A DNA stretch of 59,256 nt, filler included. It is 4 parts of 4 records of this genome, joined end to end, with 100 filler letters (N's around TTAATTAATTAA, not from the genome) between each part and the next. Parts side by side here need not be neighbours in the genome. Positions count along the whole stretch, not along the records: positions 1 to 23,322 come from SRR20825019_367; 3 more parts are not named here. One strand, 5' to 3'. This document shows positions 10,597 through 18,930 of the stretch, piece by piece. The position numbers were made by a program, and so were the translations under genes. How positions within the stretch are numbered: the first letter of the stretch is position 1; every line of letters begins with the position of its first letter. The notes beneath the pieces were generated by a model, which saw nothing but the letters and a program-made list of their open reading frames with translations, was not told where the DNA came from and ran no database searches.

Positions 10597-11643
10597 TCAA
10601 TCCTGCCAGTCGAAAACCGGCTGAGCCATGAACTGCAAGCCTTCGGTTTCCCCGGCGATACGGCGGAGCAACAGACTGCCCAGATTGCGCCCCGCAGCGA
10701 CAAAATCCTCCGGCACGGTTTCCGCACCCGGCTGGAACTGGGCGAACATGGACGAGGATTGCTTGGTCACGACATGGGCGGTCTTGCCAACCACCAGCCC
10801 CGCATCGGTCAAGCCGCCGGTCACCGCCAGGGCCGAGACCTCTGAGGCGCAGACATAGCCATCGGGCCCATCCGGCCGCTTGGCGCGTTTGATGACATAA
10901 TTGCGGATGGCATCGGTCGGGCTGCCCAGATTGACGTCTGCGGCAAACTCGAAGGCAATACCGGCTTCGTGCGCTGCGCGCTCCATACCGGCCTTCAAGT
11001 GCTCGGTATAGGTGAGCGCGCTTTCGGGCAGAATGATCGAGACCTTGCGGCACCCCTTGGCGGCCAGGCGCAGGGTGGCGCCATAGGCGTAGGCTTCGTT
11101 GTCGTAATCGGCAAAGGGATGCTGCTCGGGCCAGCGACTGCGGCCATGGCTGACGAAGGGAAAGTCATTGTCGAGCAGAAAGCGAATGCGCTCGTCGAAG
11201 GTTTCGGCCTTGGAGAAGATCACGCCATCGGCCATGCGGTTGCGCACTATGTGCTGGATCGGCTCGATGGGTTCCACATTGCGGAACAGTGGCGTGATGA
11301 CCAGGTGGAAACTGGTATTGCGCAGCGCCTCGGTAATGCCGGTCACAAGGCTGGTACCAAAACCATAGATCTGCTCGTCAGGCTCCAGGATCAGCGAAAT
11401 GACATTGGTGCGGCCGGTCTTGAGGCGCAGGGCCGCCCGGTCGGGCATATAGCCGATTTCAGCAGCGATTTTTTGTACGCGGTCGCGCGTTTCTTGGGCC
11501 AGCTCGGGCGCATTGTTAAGGGCGCGTGAAATGGTTGTGACCGCCAACCCCGTCATTTGTGCGATGGTTTTGAGCGTGGGCTTGCCCGATGGCTTTACGC
11601 CCCGCTTGCCGCGCGAGGCGGGCGGTACTTCTTCCTGCGACAC
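10597..11643 (-). CDS. LacI family transcriptional regulator
   Basis: PTLKTIAQMTGLAVTTISRALN HTH; GYMPDRAALRLKTGRT hinge. Confidence 0.93.
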   Translation of the reverse strand: MSQEEVPPASRGKRGVKPSGKPTLKTIAQMTGLAVTTISRALNNAPELAQETRDRVQKIAAEIGYMPDRAALRLKTGRTNVISLILEPDEQIYGFGTSLVTGITEALRNTSFHLVITPLFRNVEPIEPIQHIVRNRMADGVIFSKAETFDERIRFLLDNDFPFVSHGRSRWPEQHPFADYDNEAYAYGATLRLAAKGCRKVSIILPESALTYTEHLKAGMERAAHEAGIAFEFAADVNLGSPTDAIRNYVIKRAKRPDGPDGYVCASEVSALAVTGGLTDAGLVVGKTAHVVTKQSSSMFAQFQPGAETVPEDFVAAGRNLGSLLLRRIAGETEGLQFMAQPVFDWQD

Positions 11644-11919
11644 CTATGTTCCCCTCAGACCCGCCGGAAACCAGCGGGGACGCCTAATCGGCGAAGAACA
11701 TCAGATTGCGGGGTTCGAAGCAAGACGCATGCGCTTGCCTTTTAACATGACTACTGATATCAGGATTTTATGGGTCGAGAGCTTTCGGGCAGGGTTTTGC
11801 GCGATTTTCGGCAAATACGCATAAAGGTGCACTGGCAAAACCTGACTGCGTTCCCTATCTTGCCATTGCGCCGCCGCATTGGCGTGCCACACCTGCGTCC
11901 AACACCCGCAAGGAGAGGA

Positions 11920-12033
11920 ATGACGATGACGACATCGAAGACCTTCACGATCCATGCCATGTGTTCGACCGTAGTAACCTGCATGCGAAATTCCAAACGC
12001 TGGCAAGGGTCCTGTCGCTCAAAACGAATGTGA
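11920..12033 (+). CDS. Putative leader peptide/uORF (37 aa, MTMTTSKTFTIHAMCSTVVTCMRNSKRWQGSCRSKRM)
   Basis: Strong AGGAGAGGA RBS directly upstream; 3 Cys and 5 Met; embedded in complementary segments. Confidence 0.5.
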   Translation: MTMTTSKTFTIHAMCSTVVTCMRNSKRWQGSCRSKRM

Positions 12034-12149
12034 TCTGATCCGTCACATCCTCGTCTCACAAAACCGATAGACCCCGCGCTGCCAGCCCCCGGATCGCCTT
12101 CAAAATGAAGGGATTCGTGTTGGACGGACGCGCAAGTGGAGATTCCACC

Positions 12150-12365
12150 ATGCAGGAAAAGAATTTGAACAGGGCCGAAAAGCTCAGGCCCATTGTGATT
12201 GAAGTTGCCGGAGAACCGCAGGGCGTGGTTGTGCCGGATGCCGAAGGCTACAGGTTCGTGGCGGTCAAGCTGCCGGCCTTTGCCATGGACGGCAAGCGCT
12301 TCCCCTCCATCGAGACTGCCCATCTGGCGATCAGCCGCGCCGTCGCGGACGGCGAGGCCGCATAA
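12150..12365 (+). CDS. Small hypothetical protein (71 aa)
   Basis: GGAG RBS; IVIEVAGEPQGVVVPDAEGYRFVAV beta-rich fold-like sequence; followed by a terminator. Confidence 0.75.
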   Translation: MQEKNLNRAEKLRPIVIEVAGEPQGVVVPDAEGYRFVAVKLPAFAMDGKRFPSIETAHLAISRAVADGEAA

Positions 12366-12366
12366 T

Positions 12367-12395
12367 AAAGCCGGTGGTCATGCCACCGGCTTTTT
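12367..12395. terminator. Bidirectional intrinsic terminator
   Basis: AAAGCCGGTGG-TCATG-CCACCGGCTTTTT between convergent genes. Confidence 0.85.
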
Positions 12396-12420
12396 CGTTT
12401 TCGGACCGACGTTTCAGTCC

Positions 12421-12627
12421 TCAATCGTCATTGGTCGCATTCAATTCCGAGGGTCGCCGTCCTTCCGCCGTTGGCAGGTTCGGATCGAGAGCGGATTCGA
12501 CCGCCGTTGCGAGCGCATCGACGTCAACGCGCGAAGCGCCGGCGGCGGCCTGGCGTTCGAGTTCTGAGGCCAGGGCCGTGATGATGGCCTGATGCCGCAG
12601 GTCTGCGCTGTCCTTAGCCGTTCCCAT
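12421..12627 (-). CDS. Small hypothetical protein (68 aa) ending EGRRPSELNATNDD
   Basis: ATG at 12627 overlapping the upstream small gene; helical amphipathic sequence. Confidence 0.6.
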   Translation of the reverse strand: MGTAKDSADLRHQAIITALASELERQAAAGASRVDVDALATAVESALDPNLPTAEGRRPSELNATNDD

Positions 12628-12763
12628 CAATCGAAATCCCCTGTTCGTCGACCCGTACCTCGATGCCCGGTTGGGACTGTTGCTGCTGATAGGCATAAAT
12701 GCCAAAGGCGACCAATGCGATGACCAGAATGGCGATCACGCCGTAAAGGCTGTTGCGGGACAA
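12614..12763 (-). CDS. Small single-pass membrane protein (49 aa)
   Basis: TTG start with AGGAGA RBS; MSRNSLYGVIAILVIALVAFGIYAYQQQQSQPGIEVRVDEQGISIDGNG. Confidence 0.75.
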   Translation of the reverse strand: MSRNSLYGVIAILVIALVAFGIYAYQQQQSQPGIEVRVDEQGISIDGNG

Positions 12764-12796
12764 GGGTATCTCCTGACGCTTGAATAGACTTGGCTC

Positions 12797-12822
12797 AACG
12801 CGCGGGGGCCTTGATGGGTTCA
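12797..12822 (-). promoter_or_regulatory. EcfG/RpoE2 (general stress) type promoter
   Basis: Minus strand TGAAC-N17-CGTT versus consensus GGAAC-N16/17-CGTT, ~35 nt upstream of the small-protein start. Confidence 0.5.
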
Positions 12823-13386
12823 ATCCTCCGCGATGCGGCGAAGCGCCATGACAAAGGCGGTGACGCCAATGCCAATCGAACTCGAATTGTCGATCACAAC
12901 AGGCTCGATATCGGCAGGCAGAGCTGCCCCTTCGCGGGCCAGGCGCGCGACGATCTGGTCGCGATTCTCGCGCCCCCGCTTGGACAGGCGCGCGGCGCGC
13001 AGGGAGATTTCTGCGGAAATTTGTATCACCCGGCAAAGCGGATATTTGGCAATCGCCTCGGGCACGGCATGGCGCGAGATATTGGCAATGACCACGCGGC
13101 CCAGCGCCAGGTCGGTATCAACGCCCATGGGCAGGGCATAGTCCAACCCATGAGCCTGCCAGGTCAGGGCAAATCGGCCGGCTTTCCTGGCCCGGGCAAA
13201 GTCCTCGCGTTCCAGGCTGACATGATCCTCCAGATCGATATCGGCGGGTCGGGTGACCAGCCGCCGCACGAAACTGAAGCGCTTGTCGCCGTCAAGCGCC
13301 TGGCGCGCACCACCAATCAGTGTGTCCTTGCCGACCCCGGACGGGCCGATCACCAATACCAGCACTCCTGGGGGACGCTCGTTCAA
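12820..13386 (-). CDS. phnN: Ribose 1,5-bisphosphate phosphokinase PhnN
   Basis: VIGPSGVGKDTL P-loop, RRLVTRP, FALTWQAHGLDYA, RGRE. Confidence 0.93.
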   Translation of the reverse strand: MNERPPGVLVLVIGPSGVGKDTLIGGARQALDGDKRFSFVRRLVTRPADIDLEDHVSLEREDFARARKAGRFALTWQAHGLDYALPMGVDTDLALGRVVIANISRHAVPEAIAKYPLCRVIQISAEISLRAARLSKRGRENRDQIVARLAREGAALPADIEPVVIDNSSSIGIGVTAFVMALRRIAED

Positions 13387-14519
13387 CTCACACGCAACCC
13401 TTCACGCCAGACACCCCTTACCACAGGCAGTGGCGCCTGCGCGGCGATCCGCACCAGATCGGCCCGCTTGCCGGTCACGATTTCCCCCCGATCATCCAGC
13501 CCGGCTGCCCGCGCCGGATTGGCCGTTACGGTTGCGAGTGCGGCCGGCAGGGCAAGGCCTTCAATGCGCTGCGGCAGCAGGAACACGGCCTGCAACAGGG
13601 CAAAGGGTACATAGTCGGAGCTGAGAATGTCCAGCAGGCCCGCTTCCACCAGATCGGTGGCCGAAATATTGCCTGAATGGGACTTGCCACGCACCACATT
13701 GGGCGCGCCCATGAGGATCGCCAGCCCCGCTTCATGCGCGGCGGACGCCGCTTCAAGCGTGGTGGGGAACTCAGCGATGGCCACCCCGTCTGCCTCGGCC
13801 TCCTCGACATGGGCCAGGGTCGCATCGTCATGGCTGGCCAGCGCGATGCCCATGGCTCGGGCGCGCGACACGATGGCCTGCCGGTTGGGAGCGGAAAAGC
13901 GCTTGTGTTCGGCCAGGCGGGCATCGAGATAGGACTGCAACTCTTCGGGGCTGCGCCCCATCTGCTTGGCATAGAAGCGCTTATAGGCATCAAGCGAACG
14001 GAATTGGCGCTGGCCCGGCGTGTGGTCCATCACCGAGGCCAGCCGCGTCGTGGGATGGTTTGCCAGCGCGTCGAAGTGATCGACCACGTCGTGGCTCGGC
14101 AGTTCGCAGCGCAGATGAATGAAGTGCTCGGCGCGCAGCCAGCCGCCAGCGCCACCGGCCCTGACGGCATCAACCAGATGACGGGCATGGGAAAGCATGT
14201 CGGGCAGGTCATTATCCGACCCGATCCGCACCGCATCAAACACAGTGGTTATGCCCGAACCAGCGATCTGCACATCATGAGCATGGAGCGCGGCCAGCGG
14301 ATCCCAGAAGACGCCGGGACGCGGGCGGTAATGGTTCTCGAGATGGTCGGTATGCAATTCGACCAGCCCCGGAATGAGATAATCGCCCTCTAAATCGTCT
14401 CCCACCCGGCTGAGCCCGGCGTCGATCTCTGCAATCCTGCCATCGCGCATCACGAGGCTGCCTCGGATCACTTCATCAGGCAGGACAATCTGCGCGTTGG
14501 AAAAGACCGTCTCGGACAC
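13383..14519 (-). CDS. phnM: Alpha-D-ribose 1-methylphosphonate 5-triphosphate diphosphatase PhnM
   Basis: PGLVELHTDHLE, MDHTPGQRQF, ASHDD, MGAPNVVRGKSHSGN, LSSDYVP. Confidence 0.95.
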   Translation of the reverse strand: MSETVFSNAQIVLPDEVIRGSLVMRDGRIAEIDAGLSRVGDDLEGDYLIPGLVELHTDHLENHYRPRPGVFWDPLAALHAHDVQIAGSGITTVFDAVRIGSDNDLPDMLSHARHLVDAVRAGGAGGWLRAEHFIHLRCELPSHDVVDHFDALANHPTTRLASVMDHTPGQRQFRSLDAYKRFYAKQMGRSPEELQSYLDARLAEHKRFSAPNRQAIVSRARAMGIALASHDDATLAHVEEAEADGVAIAEFPTTLEAASAAHEAGLAILMGAPNVVRGKSHSGNISATDLVEAGLLDILSSDYVPFALLQAVFLLPQRIEGLALPAALATVTANPARAAGLDDRGEIVTGKRADLVRIAAQAPLPVVRGVWREGLRVS

Positions 14520-14524
14520 TGGTT

Positions 14525-15217
14525 TCAGCCTCCCAGGGTGAATTCGGCGATGCGGTTGAAGGGCACCTTGTTCTCCTTCTCGTGGAACAGGGTCAGCCGA
14601 TCGAGCGTCACCGTATCGTTGAGAATCGGCCCGAACCAGGTCTGGGCGGCCTGCAGCACTTCGTCATGCTCGGCTTCCGAGAGGCGATCGGTCAGGGTCA
14701 TGTGGAAACGGAACTGATCAAAGACGTAGGGATAGCCGTAAGCGTCGAGCAATTCCTCCTGGCGCGGGGTCAGACCGCGGGCCGCCCGTTCGGCCCGGTC
14801 ACGGGGCTTGAGCGGCGCCCGGAAGGGGTCGAAGCGCTCCACCACGGTGGCGGCAAAATCCTGCAACTGGGCATTGTTCGCCTCTTCAGGCATCAGGGCC
14901 AGGAACCCGTCAAGCGAGGCAAGCCGGAGCTTGCCCAGCGGCACGGTTGGCAACTCGCCCGCCGCATCCCTCATGGCCACACGCAGGCTTTCTTCACTCT
15001 GGCCCGGGGCGAGCGCCATTGGTGGCTTGAGCGTGGCGTGAAAGCCATAGCGGCCAGCGGACTGGGTGAGATTGAGCAGGCGGGTCCGCTCCATTCCGGC
15101 AACGGCGCCGTCATAGGACACTCCCGAGGCCGGGTCGCGGCCAAGCCAGACCGCAGCGCGCTCCCAGAGAAGGTCGGTCACCGCGGGGGCGTAGTAAATT
15201 GCGAATCTCTGCGACAT
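14525..15217 (-). CDS. DUF1045 phosphonate-metabolism protein (2H phosphoesterase-like)
   Basis: RFAIYYAP, RYGFHATLKPP, YGYPYVFDQFRFHMTLT (two HxT motifs); adjacent to phnM. Confidence 0.9.
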   Translation of the reverse strand: MSQRFAIYYAPAVTDLLWERAAVWLGRDPASGVSYDGAVAGMERTRLLNLTQSAGRYGFHATLKPPMALAPGQSEESLRVAMRDAAGELPTVPLGKLRLASLDGFLALMPEEANNAQLQDFAATVVERFDPFRAPLKPRDRAERAARGLTPRQEELLDAYGYPYVFDQFRFHMTLTDRLSEAEHDEVLQAAQTWFGPILNDTVTLDRLTLFHEKENKVPFNRIAEFTLGG

Positions 15218-15340
15218 GGGGCCTCCTGAACGCGGAGCTAATGGACCTATATGGCGGGCGTTTGACAAGTCGCGGGACTGGACAAATGCATTTCCGGTGG
15301 CGACAAGGTGCCACCCGGCAACCCAGAAGACAGCATTCCC

Positions 15341-16594
15341 ATGGACCGCTCCCTGCTCGAACGCCTGTTCCGCCAAGCCGTTGCACAGGCCCAGCCGGCC
15401 CTGGCCGTCGAACGCCATTTGCCCAAGCCGCCCAAAGGCCGCACGGTCGTGATTGGAGCCGGCAAGGCATCAGCGCAGATGGCCAAGGCTTTCGAGGCGG
15501 CCTGGCCCGGCGAGATCTCCGGCCTGGTGGTCACGCGCTATGGCTATGCAGAGGCATGCGCGCACATAGAGGTTGTCGAGGCGGCCCATCCGGTGCCGGA
15601 CAAGGCCGGTCAAGTGGCGGCGCAGAGATTGCTCGAACTGGTTTCCGGGCTCACCGAAGACGATCTGGTGATCGCGCTGATTTCTGGCGGTGGCTCTTCC
15701 CTACTGCCCGCCCCCGCGCCGGGCCTGAACCTCGAAGATAAACAGGCCATCAATCGGGCGTTGCTGGCCTCGGGCGCTCCGATCGGGGTGATGAACCTGA
15801 TCCGCAACCAGTTTTCCCTCATCAAGGGTGGGCGCCTCGCCGCTGCCGCAGCGCCGGCGCGGGTGGCAACGCTAGTGGTGTCCGATGTGCCCGGCGACGA
15901 TCCGGCACTGGTGGCCTCCGGCCCCACCCTGCCACTGAGCGGTGGACGGGCCGAGGCGCGCCGCTTGGCAGCGCTCTATCGTCTCGATCTGCCCGAGGTG
16001 GCACAGCATCTGCTCGAAAGCAACGAGAACCTGCCGCCCGAGCCAAGTGATCCGGTCTTTGCCAACAACAGCGTCGTCACGATCGCCTCGGCGGCTCTCT
16101 CTCTCGAGGCCGCCGCAGACATGGCCCGCCAGGCCGGTATTGAAGCGGCAATTCTGTCCGATGCCATCGAGGGCGAAGCGCGCGATGTTGCCCAGGTGCA
16201 TGCCGCGCTGGCCAGGGAAATTGTCGCGCGCAACCGCCCTTTCAAAAAACCGGTGGTGTTGCTGTCAGGCGGCGAAACGACCGTGACGCTGCGCGGCGAG
16301 GGGCGCGGCGGACGCAATGGCGAGTTTCTGCTCTCGCTGGCCATTGCATTGGACGGAGTTGAAGGCGTTTCGGCCCTGGCCGGCGATACCGATGGCATTG
16401 ACGGTTCGGAAGACAATGCGGGGGCCTATGTCGACGGCACAACGGCGCGACGCATGCGCGAGGCCAGCATCGACCCGCAGGCGGCACTGGCCAATAATGA
16501 TGCCTATACTGCGTTCGAAGCGATTGGCGACCTGTTCATTACCGGCCCGACCGGCACCAATGTGAACGACTTCCGCGCCATTATCATTCGCTGA
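15341..16594 (+). CDS. Glycerate 2-kinase, MOFRL/TtuD family
   Basis: GAGKAS, LISGGGSSL, SDVPGD, GGETTV, GRGGRN, TDGIDG, TGPTGTNVND. Confidence 0.93.
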   Translation: MDRSLLERLFRQAVAQAQPALAVERHLPKPPKGRTVVIGAGKASAQMAKAFEAAWPGEISGLVVTRYGYAEACAHIEVVEAAHPVPDKAGQVAAQRLLELVSGLTEDDLVIALISGGGSSLLPAPAPGLNLEDKQAINRALLASGAPIGVMNLIRNQFSLIKGGRLAAAAAPARVATLVVSDVPGDDPALVASGPTLPLSGGRAEARRLAALYRLDLPEVAQHLLESNENLPPEPSDPVFANNSVVTIASAALSLEAAADMARQAGIEAAILSDAIEGEARDVAQVHAALAREIVARNRPFKKPVVLLSGGETTVTLRGEGRGGRNGEFLLSLAIALDGVEGVSALAGDTDGIDGSEDNAGAYVDGTTARRMREASIDPQAALANNDAYTAFEAIGDLFITGPTGTNVNDFRAIIIR

Positions 16595-16654
16595 ATCTGC
16601 CTTTTGACCGTCGCCTTGCCGTGCCATGCTGGCATCGGAATGAGGGAGGCAGGC

Positions 16655-17017
16655 ATGGCACGTGTAACCGGCATTGGCGGCATCTTTTTTCGGTCCCGCG
16701 ACACCAAGGCGCTGGCGCAATGGTATGAGACCCATTTGGGCATAGCTGAATTCTGGACCCAGCAGGCGGGCTTCACCGTTTTCGCACCGTTCAAGGAAAG
16801 CAGCGATTATTTCCCCGCTGACAAGCAGTGGATGATCAATCTGCGCGTCGATGATCTGGACGGATTGATGGCGCAGCTCGGGGCGGCAGGGGTCACCATC
16901 GAAACGCGGCCGGATGAATGGGACAGTGACGAGACCGGTCGCTTTGCCCGCATTCACGACCCCGAGGGCAATCCCATCGAACTGTGGGAGCCGCCCCCAC
17001 CAGCACCCACTGCATAA
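16655..17017 (+). CDS. VOC/glyoxalase family protein
   Basis: MARVTGIGGIFF...WY...MINLRVDDLD...DPEGNPIELWE. Confidence 0.92.
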   Translation: MARVTGIGGIFFRSRDTKALAQWYETHLGIAEFWTQQAGFTVFAPFKESSDYFPADKQWMINLRVDDLDGLMAQLGAAGVTIETRPDEWDSDETGRFARIHDPEGNPIELWEPPPPAPTA

Positions 17018-17104
17018 AAATCATACTTTTATCGCTCTGAGGTCTTGGCAGAAGCCGGCAAGACCTGCTCTATAGCCGCGTTTTTGCTGCAGGGGAGTTC
17101 TGGC

Positions 17105-18043
17105 ATGGCCAAGCGCAAGATCGCCATTATCGGCGTGGGCAAGATCGCGGTGGACCAGCACATACCGGTGATCGAGGCCTCCGAGGATTTCGAGCTGGCC
17201 GCGACCGTTTCTTCGCGCGGCGTGACCCATGGCGACCTGCCGGTGTTCCGCACCGCTGCCGAACTCTATTCGGCCATGCCGGAAGTTGGTCTGGTGTCGA
17301 TCTGCACGCCCCCGGGCGTGCGCCATGCGCTGGTGCGCGAGGCGCTTGATGCGGGCAAGGACGTGATGATGGAAAAGCCGCCCACCACCACGATCTCGGA
17401 ACTGGACGACATTGTCGCCCATGCCGCACGGCTCGACCGCGTGCTGTTCCAGACCTGGCACAGCCAGTACAACGCTGCTGTGGACCGCGCCAAGGCGATC
17501 CTGGCTGATCAGGGCGTCAGCAAGGTGCGTATCGATTGGCGCGAAAGCGTGCGCAAATGGCATCCGGGCCAGGACTGGGTCTGGGAGCCCGGTGGGTTTG
17601 GCGTGTGCGATCCGGGTATCAATGCCTATTCGATTTTCACCAAGATCATGCCCTTCCCGGTCTTTGTCGAAAGCGCCCGGCTGACCTTCCCCGCCAATCG
17701 GCAGACGCCTGTCGACGTAGAGGTCAAGTTCAAGTCCGGCCAACCGCATCGGCCTGAGATGTCTTCGGGGTTCAACTGGCTCGAGGACAGCGGGGAAATC
17801 TGGACCATCCAGGTGACCACAGGCACCGGCGACGATCTGAAGCTTGAACGCGGCGGCCGCACCTTGCGCATCAATGGCACGGTGGTGCTCGAACATGGCG
17901 ACGAAGAATATGCCGGCATTTATGACCGCTTCACCGATCTGCTCGACGCGGGCACATCCGATGTCGACGCCGCCCCGCTCAAGTTGATGAGCGATGTCTT
18001 TTTCCTCGGTGCCCGCGAGAATGGGCCCGATTTCGAGTGGTAG
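17105..18043 (+). CDS. Gfo/Idh/MocA oxidoreductase (D-galactose/L-arabinose 1-dehydrogenase-like)
   Basis: GVGKIAVDQH, MEKPP, WRESVRKWHPGQDWVWEPGGFGVCDPGINA. Confidence 0.88.
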   Translation: MAKRKIAIIGVGKIAVDQHIPVIEASEDFELAATVSSRGVTHGDLPVFRTAAELYSAMPEVGLVSICTPPGVRHALVREALDAGKDVMMEKPPTTTISELDDIVAHAARLDRVLFQTWHSQYNAAVDRAKAILADQGVSKVRIDWRESVRKWHPGQDWVWEPGGFGVCDPGINAYSIFTKIMPFPVFVESARLTFPANRQTPVDVEVKFKSGQPHRPEMSSGFNWLEDSGEIWTIQVTTGTGDDLKLERGGRTLRINGTVVLEHGDEEYAGIYDRFTDLLDAGTSDVDAAPLKLMSDVFFLGARENGPDFEW

Positions 18044-18046
18044 GCG

Positions 18047-18172
18047 CTAGAGCGGTTTGCCGTTTCGTTGAAACGCCGAAACCGCTCCAAGTGCTTGTGT
18101 TGTCCCGTTTTCGGTCCTCGGATCCAGGCCCGGGGAGCAAATCCGTTGCCACTTTTGCTGGAAACGCTCTAG
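18047..18172. repeat. Bru-RS/RIME-like palindromic intergenic element (MITE-like)
   Basis: Terminal inverted repeats CTAGAGCG...CGCTCTAG, internal hairpin GAGCGGTTT...AAACCGCTC, 3' end CACTTTTGCTGGAAACGCTCTAG; lies between convergent genes. Confidence 0.7.
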
Positions 18173-18930
18173 TCCTGCGGCTCGGTAATCCGGGCCGGAT
18201 GGGATTGCTGCCGCGTCTTGCGGTCGGTGTACCAGCGGATGCGGATGCCCTTGGCAATCAGGCGCAGCGCTTCGAAGTGAATGCTCGCCGTGACCTTGAG
18301 GGTCATTAGCGGATGGGTCACGAAGAGGCGCATGAGCTTGGCGTCCGTCAGCTCGTACCGATCCCCTGTGAACGCGGCATAGAGCAAGGGCCGGTCGTCC
18401 TGGGTCTCGTTGATCGCGATGCGCACCTTGTCACCGGGCGGGGTCAGGCGAAATTCGTAGCGGCAATCCATGTCGATGAAAGGCGAAACGTAGAACGCCT
18501 TGTCTGCCGTCTGCTCAGCGCCGGTCGGCAGCACATAGCTATGACGCTCGCGGAAGGTATTGTGCACCTCGTAGATCGTGGCCAGAGGCCGGCCCGATGC
18601 ATCATCGCAGAACCAGACAGTGAGCGGGTTGAACACATAGCCCAGAATACGCGGATAGCAGAGCAGGCGCACCCGGCCCGCAGGGCCCAGCCCCTCGCTG
18701 GCGAGTTTCTGGTTGACCCAGTCGCGCACGGGCAAGCCGTCCCCATGGTCGGCGTCGCGGAACGAGAACAAGGCACGGCGGTTGTGGCCGAACCATTTCA
18801 ACCGGTTCAGCGCAGGCAATTCATCGAGATCGATGAGCAGCGAAAACACCCGATAGCGCAGATAGTGCTTTTTCGGGCGGTGCCGCTGATGCACCACATG
18901 GCCGACATAGATGGCCGAGTTCAGGCTCAT
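18169..18930 (-). CDS. DUF1365 protein (UfaO/RSP_1090-like)
   Basis: YVGHVVHQRHRP, PRILGYVFNPL, EVHNTF, KAFYVSPF, IHFEALRL. Confidence 0.92.
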   Translation of the reverse strand: MSLNSAIYVGHVVHQRHRPKKHYLRYRVFSLLIDLDELPALNRLKWFGHNRRALFSFRDADHGDGLPVRDWVNQKLASEGLGPAGRVRLLCYPRILGYVFNPLTVWFCDDASGRPLATIYEVHNTFRERHSYVLPTGAEQTADKAFYVSPFIDMDCRYEFRLTPPGDKVRIAINETQDDRPLLYAAFTGDRYELTDAKLMRLFVTHPLMTLKVTASIHFEALRLIAKGIRIRWYTDRKTRQQSHPARITEPQD

